Of a stretch of 6,622 nt of DNA, positions 1 through 6,539 are shown piece after piece. The stretch comes from Paraspadella gotoi (Eukaryota > Animalia > Chaetognatha), in contig JBJCIZ010001023.1 of NCBI GenBank assembly GCA_051294375.1, positions 1 to 6,622 on the forward strand, read 5' to 3'. The position numbers and the translations under genes were made by a program. The notes below the pieces were generated by a model. That model had not been told where the DNA came from. It did not search any database and saw only the letters and a program-made list of their open reading frames with translations. The number at the start of each line of letters is the position of its first letter. The first letter of the stretch is position 1.

Positions 1-69
1 TTATGTATATAATTTCTAAATTTTCTTACTAGGTTCGTCTAAAGCTCATACAATATGCAGAATTCTTCC

Positions 70-519
70 GCGAATGTCGAGAAGTCATGGGAGGAAGTGG
101 GTGCCACTTCGATAGTGAATGAAAAGGATAAACTGAAAAACACATTGTAAGTGTCACCAATTTGGTATTAAATCAATTGTTTGTGNNNNNNNNNNNNNNN
201 NNNNNNNNNNNNNNNNNNNNNNNNNNNNNNNNNNNNNNNNNCTTAATTGACGTTTTACAGACGCGAGGAGCGATCGCGGCTTAGGACAAATATGCCGGAT
301 GTGAAGCAGTGGAAAGAAATACTGGAACCAGTGAGGTAAAAGAATTATAGATTTAGANNNNNNNNNNNNNNNNNNNNNNNNNNNNNNNNNNNNNNNNNNN
401 NNNNNNNNNNNNNNNNNNNNNNNNNACGACATCCTTGCCCGGCGGAGCCGACGAAGGCTTCTTGGGGAAGATTATAACCCGACAGCGCTGGACCAACTGT
501 GGTGAGTCTCGTTGAATAC
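70..519 (+). repeat. Diverged direct copy of ~3710-4200 (higher-order period ~3.65 kb), interrupted by N gaps
   Basis: GAGAAGTCAT 79-88 = 3720-3729, followed by AGTGG in both. CGCTGGACCAACTGTGGT 486-503 resembles rc of ACCACAGTTCCAGCG 4605-4619, the partner arm of 4135-4280. CAGAC..AGCGATC 258-275 resembles rc 3668-3680. Confidence 0.55.
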
Positions 520-1527
520 NNNNNNNNNNNNNNNNNNNNNNNNNNNNNNNNNNNNNNNNNNNNNNNNNNNNNNNNNNNNNNNNNNNNNNNNNNNNNNNNN
601 NNNNNNNNNNNNNNNNNNNNNNNNNNNNNNNNNNNNNNNNNNNNNNNNNNNNNNNNNNNNNNNNNNNNNNNNNNNNNNNNNNNNNNNNNNNNNNNNNNNN
701 NNNNNNNNNNNNNNNNNNNNNNNNNNNNNNNNNNNNNNNNNNNNNNNNNNNNNNNNNNNNNNNNNNNNNNNNNNNNNNNNNNNNNNNNNNNNNNNNNNNN
801 NNNNCCTTTTCGTATTACTTTTTCAGGAAGGAAGTGGTCAATTTACAATATTATGCTCACACATTGGAACGGCAGGTNNNNNNNNNNGACAAACTTGTCT
901 AGATTACGAATTTGTGTACTTTAGTTTAGTATTTTTTGTTGCTTTGCCTCTTATTTGGCATGAGGTTTCGGGTCTGTTGTGCTACTTCTGTTCGTCGACA
1001 ATGCGTAAGTTTGTCGGGCTTGGATTGCTCCACTAAAAAATGGTATAAAAGAATTAGCGCCTTTTTCTCTCCTGCTGTTGGTAGTCTTTCGTGTGGTCAT
1101 GTTCGTGGCCAACCACGGTTTTTGTTTGTGTAGTTTATAAAGTTCAGAGATACATGCCGAAAAGTTCTCTGGAGTCATCTCACAATACTTACGAGAATTG
1201 GAAATTATGTCCAATGGTCTAGAACCAGAGGTCAGGCTCTTCCACCTTTCCCACGACTCGAGCCATCCTGATTCGTAAGTCACAACAGGCACCGTCCTTA
1301 ACAGCGCAAAAAATTTTGTGTCCAAAGAGAGTGACAACTCTAGTGCGTACGCAGAACCGAACGTCTCGAAAACTGTAACAGCACCTTCAGTGGAACTGGA
1401 AGAACGACAACCTCGTAGTTCGATTTCGATGCTTCTCCCTGGACCAGGTAATCTTTGGTGCGCCGCGCAGCGGAGCCGAAGGGTGACGCCAAACCCGACA
1501 CGCTAGAGAAATGCACACTTTCTCCAT

Positions 1528-1865
1528 GAGAACATTCGGCTTCTTCTCCCAGCGCTTCCAAGCGGCCTTTTGTCCCCCACCCGGAGGACAAACTGGTAGC
1601 GCGAACTTGATGCACCGCCGCTTCGGGTAGTCAGCCCACATTCGATGGGAAAAATGTTCCGGATCAGCTACAAGGTTTGTCCCGGGGACAAGCCTGCAGG
1701 TGGTCTGCGCGCCAGAATTCTTGCCATCTTCTTCCGCTTCCGGAAGCGAACTGCAGCCTTTCGCTTAGCCAGCTCTCGAGCGGGAAAAACGTCCCGGATC
1801 AGCTACAGGGTTGTCCGGGAACAAAACCTGGAACCCGCTGGGGCCGAATTTCCTCTGAATTCTCT
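1528..1865 (+). repeat. Imperfect tandem duplication (two copies, core offset 135 nt)
   Basis: GGGAAAAATGTTCCGGATCAGCTACAAGGTTTGTCCCGGGGACAAGCCTG 1647-1696 vs GGGAAAAACGTCCCGGATCAGCTACAGGGTTGTCCGGGAACAAAACCTG 1782-1830. Upstream CGCTTCC, GCGAACT and TAG.CAGC are also shared in order. Confidence 0.9.
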
Positions 1866-2481
1866 NNNNNNNNNNNNNNNNNNNNNNNNNNNNNNNNNNN
1901 NNNNNNNNNNNNNNNNNNNNNNNNNNNNNNNNNNNNNNNNNNNNNNNNNNNNNNNNNNNNNNNNNNNNNNNNNNNNNNNNNNNNNNNNNNNNNNNNNNNN
2001 NNNNNNNNNNNNNNNNNNNNNNNNNNNNNNNNNNNNNNNNNNNNNNNNNNNNNNNNNNNNNNNNNNNNNNNNNNNNNNNNNNNNNNNNNNNNNNNNNNNN
2101 NNNNNNNNNNNNNNNNNNNNNNNNNNNNNNNNNNNNNNNNNNNNNNNNNNNNNNNNNNNNNNNNNNNNNNNNNNNNNNNNNNNNNNNNNNNNNNNNNNNN
2201 NNNNNNNNNNNNNNNNNNNNNNNNNNNNNNNNNNNNNNNNNNNNNNNNNNNNNNNNNNNNNNNNNNNNNNNNNNNNNNNNNNNNNNNNNNNNNNNNNNNN
2301 NNNNNNNNNNNNNNNNNNNNNNNNNNNNNNNNNNNNNNNNNNNNNNNNNNNNNNNNNNNNNNNNNNNNNNNNNNNNNNNNNNNNNNNNNNNNNNNNNNNN
2401 NNNNNNNNNNNNNNNNNNNNNNNNNNNNNNNNNNNNNNNNNNNNNNNNNNNNNNNNNNNNNNNNNNNNNNNNNNNNNNNNN
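1866..2481. other. 616-nt N gap (other gaps: 186-241, 358-425, 520-804, 878-887, 6515-6539)
   Basis: Runs of n in the sequence. The long ORFs in the track that span them are artefacts of X residues. Confidence 1.
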
Positions 2482-2797
2482 TTCTCTACTTCGGGTTTGG
2501 CGTCACCCTTCGGCTCGGCCAGGACCCTTGTTCGAGAAGCATCGAAATCGACTCGAGGTTGTCGTCGTTCTCAGTTCCGTGGTCAGTTTTCGTAGTCGGT
2601 TTTCTGGTTTCCTGGTTGTCATCCTTTTGCAATTTCCGAAGGCGGGTCTACCATGGGACAAATCCAATTCTCCGTAGATCGTAATCAAGAGGACTGAATT
2701 TAAATCCAAACCTGGCCACGAACAGAGACCAAAGCAGAGAGAAAAAGCGCAATTTTGATCAGCATGCATGTCGACGGCAGAATGAAGCCGCGTGAAT

Positions 2798-2871
2798 AAA
2801 GTAAATTTCCTAGAAAAAATGTTATATAGGGGGTGAAATGAATGTTTTGTCTTTTCTTAATTGGTTATTTT
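2798..2871 (-). promoter_or_regulatory. Putative RNA polymerase II core promoter, copy 1 (CCAAT - TATATAA - Inr-like TTACTTT)
   Basis: Minus strand reads AACCAAT (rc 2860-2866), CCCCTATATAA (rc 2822-2832), then TTACTTT (rc 2798-2804). The last fits YYANWYY with the A at 2802, 26 nt from the TATA start. Duplicated at 6540-6622. Confidence 0.55.
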
Positions 2872-2960
2872 TTTGTCAAACGAGCACTCGATCTCGATTT
2901 TTTTGGTGATAACAAGTATTAGAAATCGGAGCTTAATTTGATCTCGAACTCTGAATGGTC

Positions 2961-3408
2961 GAAATTTGCCGAGGACCGCCGATCCCACCCAGATCCGTTT
3001 TCATTTTGTGACATTTTTTGTCGAAGTTTTTTTCTGATCGGAGACCAACAGATGTGTTGTATAGCTAGGATTCGAACTTAACATTTGTAAATTTGTATAA
3101 TTTAATACTTTAATATTAAATATTTCGTTAAAAATTGACTATATTTTTAACTGTTTTCGAAAAAGAAATATGCAAAAACTAACAAAACTTTAAGACTTTA
3201 AGCATCGAAGCTTTTAAAATTGTCGAGAAAAGAAGAAAATGGAGAAAGTGAAAAAGGGGTCTGTTACTACGCGTGTTGGGATAAGATCGAGCGGTGCCGC
3301 GGGTCCATAAGAGTAGAAACGCAATCAAATGAAGGGTTGTGCAAAACGGATTGGGGTGGGCTGTGTTCAACATAAGCGGCCAGCGGTCGCCTGTTCCTCG
3401 ACGAGTCG
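2961..3408. repeat. Inverted repeat H2: arms ~2961-3060 and ~3270-3408, AT-rich centre ~3139
   Basis: CCCACCCAGATCCGTTTT 2984-3001 vs rc AAAACGGATTGGGGTGGG 3343-3360 (16/18). GACCGC 2974-2979 / GCGGTC 3383-3388. CGAGGA 2970-2975 / TCCTCG 3395-3400. The centre has GTTAAAAAT 3127-3135 / ATTTTTAAC 3143-3151. Confidence 0.85.
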
Positions 3409-4197
3409 TCAGGAAAGGTTAGACTCGTTTTTAATTTTATTTAGTTAAAACAATATTTTAATATATTCTAAATATTTAAATATTGTAGTTTTGAGCAAAG
3501 ATCCTAAAAGTGGGCACGATTCGCGGCAACAACAAGAATTATTGGCAATTCTATAAAGATCGCCATCACGGAAGAAGAAACAATTTCGCCAGGATATTCG
3601 CGAGAAATCCCACTCGACATCCCTTCGGCTCCAAGTCCGGGCAGAAAATTTGGCGATCGGCAGATGAGATCGCTTGTCTGCGCAAGAGGCGATTTGGAAA
3701 ATCAAGAAATTGACATGCGGAGAAGTCATTGTAGAGACAGTGGCATCGTGAGGCATATCTGCGAGGCGTTACTTTATATGTTAGTTTTAATCGATTTAAA
3801 AGATGTTTACAAATACTTTTCCAGACAATCGTCCAAGCGCATTGCTTTCATCGAGTTTATTTCTGTGAATATTATGCTAAGAGCAAAAGAAGAGACAGAG
3901 GTTTTTCAAATAGACGAGACCACGCCTACAAACCTTCGCAAAAGAAAACTTAACACAGTCAGCTGCAGGCGTTTGTTACACGCAATCTCAGTATGCGCAA
4001 ATGTAGGACGTCAATTTTCACGAAGCCGTCGAAAATTTTCTACTGGTGGGACGTTCCAGCCGTGACCGCCGCAATGTACGTGGCTAAGGAGAATGGCGAT
4101 TTTTCGCCAAAAAGCACATCGTGCACTTCATTGCGGCTCGTGAAGAATGGGAGCCCTGTCGCATGTAGACACCTCATTATTGACCTATTCCGTTGTG
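3343..4197. repeat. Inverted repeat H3 about a higher-order mirror centre at 3792/3793
   Basis: Centre TTTTAATCGATTTAAAA 3785-3801 is a palindrome with one extra T. AGAAAATTT 3643-3651 / 4033-4041; AAAGATCGCCAT 3555-3566 / ATGGCGATTTTT 4093-4104; GCACGAT 3514-3520 / 4118-4124. It extends outward: rc 3363-3408 (CGACTCGTCGAGGAACAGGCGACCGCTGGCCGCTTATGTTGAACAC) aligns with 4134-4172 (CGGCTCGTGAAGAATGGGAGCCCTGTCGCATGTAGACAC). Confidence 0.85.
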
Positions 4198-4296
4198 TTT
4201 ATAAATAGATCCATAATACACACGGTGGATATCTATAATAGATTTACACAAAATGCAAATTTCTAAACTTTCAACTCGATGTATTATTGTATTAAT

Positions 4297-4374
<78 letters not shown>

Positions 4375-4669
4375 TGTTTTTTTTTTTTTTGTGGGTTGTT
4401 TCGTTATATGTTATTTCGACTTTTTATCGGTCCCAGGTTTTCAATGTTAAAATAAAAAAAAATTAAAAAAAGTTTAAACATATAAAATGGAGTAGGTTTT
4501 CAGAATGCACTCCTTTTACGGCAGTTTATGATAAAATTCGTCGAATGACTCAAGCACGTTCAAGTACAGGGGCGGATATTCACAGATTGGTGCCAACGAA
4601 TAGTACCACAGTTCCAGCGATTCGACATTTACGTGGGCAGAAGTCGGCGTTCTTAGATTGACGACGAGC
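4135..4669. repeat. Inverted repeat H4 (mirror copy of H2) with a T-run / A-run centre
   Basis: GCTCGT 4136-4141 / ACGAGC 4664-4669; CTATTCCGTTG 4185-4195 / CAACGAATAG 4594-4603; GTGGATATC 4225-4233 / GATATTCAC 4575-4583. T tract 4302-4390 lies opposite A-rich 4449-4471. Confidence 0.7.
4302..4390. repeat. Interrupted poly(T) tract: T38-CTC-T31-GTG-T14
   Basis: Read directly from the sequence. Confidence 0.98.
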
Positions 4670-4884
4670 GTCAAAATGTATGTTTATTTTTCTGAATATT
4701 AAGTCGCTTTTTAATATTTACATTTTTTAAATGTTTATCGATGTTTTAATTTTTATCGAGGTTTGAGGATCCGATACTCTTACGCGGCGGTTAAAATGGA
4801 ACATGTTTCCTGAGAATTTCCAACCTTTATTGGGCTCGTCTTCCGAAAAGAGCACGACCTTAGATCGTTTTAAGTCGCTGGCCG
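4594..4884. repeat. Inverted repeat across the AT linker centred ~4720
   Basis: rc 4641-4669 (GCTCGTCGTCAATCTAAGAACGCCGACTT) aligns with 4834-4861 (GCTCGTCTTCCGAAAAGAGCACGACCTT). CCAGCGA 4614-4620 / TCGCTGG 4875-4881. Confidence 0.7.
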
Positions 4885-5330
4885 GATCGAGATTTAGCAG
4901 CTCCCAGTAGGAAACCTCACGACACGACTCGAGCATGGAGACGCTTTTCGTAATACCAGAACCCACGGGAAAAAGGCGCGCTTTAGACGACACGGCTTTG
5001 TACGACGGAAGAGTAAGGCTAAGGTATATCGATTAACTTCTGAAATTGTTTATTTCCGTGGGTAAATCTTGGTAAATATGTTGTCTTTAAGTTTCCAATA
5101 TTAAACCCCTTATTAGGTACTGCTCCAATACACGAGCCGCCTTTGCTCTTGTGAATTTCAGCCAATAGAGTACTGTCCATGGGCCGCGACATCAGAAAGT
5201 CGGGGCCGCCAACTTTCTACCTCAACATGCGCGTTTCTGTGCTTTGCTAAGGACAATTTACATCTAAGGACAACGGTGACATCGGCTACGTCAACTAATA
5301 CCGTTTCTTTGTCGACGTTGAAATTGTCCG
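4815..5330. repeat. Inverted repeat H5: arms ~4815-5015 and ~5120-5330, AT-rich centre ~5070
   Basis: Nested anchors: AATTTCCAAC 4815-4824 / GTTGAAATT 5317-5325; CCTTAGAT 4858-4865 / 5262-5269; TTAGCA 4894-4899 / 5245-5250; GCATG 4933-4937 / 5226-5230; CCCACGG 4962-4968 / CCATGGG 5177-5183; AAAGGCG 4972-4978 / 5138-5144. Anchors are short. Confidence 0.65.
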
Positions 5331-5450
5331 GCGTCCAATTCGAAGAAGCAAAGGCAATTTTTCGTTGTGGCAGGTTAACAAACAGCCAAAATTTATTAAA
5401 AACTAGGGGTCGGTTTAAGAGCCAAGCGATATCGCAATATTTGTATTGGA
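5094..5450. repeat. Internal inverted repeat centred ~5250 (one unit folds on itself)
   Basis: TCCAATA 5094-5100 / 5444-5450; ACCCCT 5105-5110 / 5405-5410; GCCTTTGCT 5139-5147 / 5347-5355; AATTTCA 5154-5160 / 5319-5325; CGACATCAGAAA ~5187-5198 / TTTCTTTGTCG 5304-5314. Confidence 0.7.
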
Positions 5451-5631
5451 TTAGATATTATCTAAAAAAAATGTTTAACTGGAATAAAAAATTATGCTTA
5501 ATCGTACAATGTTTTTGTTTAAAAGCCTACGAGTAAAGTAAAAACAGAGCTAGGAACTATGTCGACTACTGACTAAAAAAACCATAATATATATTTGACA
5601 ATCTTTATGATGAAATTTAAGAAGTGGTAAT

Positions 5632-6204
5632 GTCATATACTCGTCTCGAAAAGCAGTACTTGTACCTGCCGCTCATCTTCTCGTTCGTCGCAGAAGCCAA
5701 ACCGTGGATCTCCACCCCAATGAAGAACTTGCATAAAAAAATTTACCGGGTCGTACAAGGATCGAACCTCAAATCGGTTGGGTGCTTTAAACGAACCCAA
5801 TGAGAAAGCGAGAAACTGAGAAGGCTCCAACGTCAACTATGATATGGCCGATTCCAAACTGCATTGTAAAATACGACTTTTAATGTTTAATACCTATATC
5901 TTAATGTAGTAGATTTGGTCTGGTATACTACAATATTTTTTTAATAGAAAAAACTTCAAATAATATAAAATTTATTGAGTATTTATTGTCAATACGGCCG
6001 TTTTGATGCCAAACTCCGCCCCTGATTTGGTTTTAGAGTGAAACCGACAAACTTGCTTTCAATTGTCAATTTTAGAGCGTACAAAAGGTCCATCCGTTGA
6101 GGTTTCGATCGTTGGTACGACCCGGCGGTAGATTTTTTCTGAGATCGCCCGTAAAGCTGACTTCTGGAATGAAAAACAAAAGAGCAAGGTTAATTTCGAC
6201 ATGA
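5632..6204. repeat. Inverted repeat H6 (homologue of inner H1), AT-rich centre ~5920
   Basis: CCGGGTCGTAC 5746-5756 / 6115-6125 (perfect); GATCGAA 5760-5766 / 6104-6110; AACCTCAA 5765-5772 / 6097-6104; GAAAGCGAG 5804-5812 / CTTGCTTTC 6052-6060; CAGAAG 5691-5696 / 6161-6166. Left arm 5737-5760 resembles 1650-1676. Confidence 0.9.
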
Positions 6205-6211
6205 CCTGTAG

Positions 6212-6387
6212 AGATAGAAAGATATATGGTAGAAGAAAATATAGCCCAAAAATTACAAATTTTCCCCAGGAAAATTTCAAATTAGTACGAGCCAAAAAAA
6301 AGATATATATATAAAATAAAAAGGAGATCGTAGTAGAAAATACAGTCCAAGAGTTTTTTTCAAATTTTCCTGGGAAATTTGAATTTC
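6212..6387. repeat. ~101-105 nt tandem duplication, each copy carrying a quasi-palindrome AAATTT.CC..GG.AAATTT
   Basis: TGGTAGAAGAAAATATAGCCCAA 6227-6249 vs TCGTAGTAGAAAATACAGTCCAA 6328-6350. CAAATTTCCCCAGGAAAATTT 6256-6276 equals rc of 6362-6381 except for a one-base gap. Confidence 0.8.
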
Positions 6388-6405
6388 TTTGTTATTGCGT
6401 TCGGC

Positions 6406-6442
6406 AGAAAAGAGAGAAGAGAGAGAGAGGATAGAGGAGAGA
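6406..6442. repeat. Degenerate (GA)n purine-rich tract
   Basis: AGAAAAGAGAGAAGAGAGAGAGAGGATAGAGGAGAGA read directly. Confidence 0.85.
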
Positions 6443-6539
6443 ATCTCTTTTTCTTACAAAATTTTTTCTGGAACCGGAGTGAAGAGCGAAGTTTTAAGCC
6501 GGAAAATTTGCAACNNNNNNNNNNNNNNNNNNNNNNNNN

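Larger units (their letters stand above)
985..2780. repeat. Large inverted repeat H1: left arm ~985-1510, right arm ~2482-2780, centre inside the N gap
   Basis: Perfect 26-bp match 1473-1498 / rc 2491-2516; 18-bp 1420-1437 / rc 2534-2551; 12-bp 1404-1415 / rc 2554-2565; 10-bp 1193-1202 / rc 2663-2672; 12-bp 1100-1111 / rc 2713-2724; 11-bp 1061-1071 / rc 2737-2747; 8-bp 993-1000 / rc 2769-2776. All are in nested order. Confidence 0.95.
6206..6457 (-). other. Putative spliceosomal intron (252 nt) just downstream of the 6543 start site
   Basis: Minus strand: donor GTAAGA (rc 6452-6457), pyrimidine-rich interior, branch-point-like TACTAAT (rc 6281-6287), polypyrimidine tract and acceptor TCTTTCTATCTCTACAG ending at 6206. 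Motif evidence only. Confidence 0.4.

Noticed and set aside
1590-1650. Possible ribozyme or group I intron core; viroid-like rod
   Set aside because: No intact hammerhead CUGAUGA/GAAA core or group I P7 elements were found.
154-2684. Long ORFs 154..432, 499..924, 512..1036, 1645..2595 and 1677..2684
   Set aside because: Their length comes from N runs translated as X, and the flanks show no recognisable domain.
4253-4450. Poly-Phe ORF
   Set aside because: It is the translation of the poly(T) tract.
4935-5000. Plus-strand ETLFVIPEPTGKRR resembling a retroelement reverse transcriptase motif (FxVPKxxGxxR)
   Set aside because: In-frame stops flank it, no downstream YxDD or other RT motif is visible, and it lies in a repeat arm.
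4760-5410. Alternative genetic code (TAA/TAG = Gln) opening longer plus-strand frames
   Set aside because: TGA stops remain nearby, the products are unrecognisable, and the frames are simply antisense to open minus-strand frames.
4500-5870. Protein-like minus-strand open frames with shared words (AHVNVES / AHVEVES), read as exons separated by AT-rich introns
   Set aside because: No family motif or consistent splice phase. The blocks are repeat copies with frame-breaking indels, which accounts for the similarity.
2961-6204. Strand-biased G-U wobble pairs as evidence for selection on RNA structure
   Set aside because: A small manual tally found both G-U and A-C oppositions on the plus strand with no convincing excess, so it is inconclusive.
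6400-6455. GA-rich tract as a PacBio SMRTbell adapter, making the window a multi-pass read
   Set aside because: It lacks the adapter's CAACAACAAC/GGAGGAGG core and is not at a mirror centre, and readable centres contain no adapter. An amplification or assembly artefact still cannot be fully excluded without reads.
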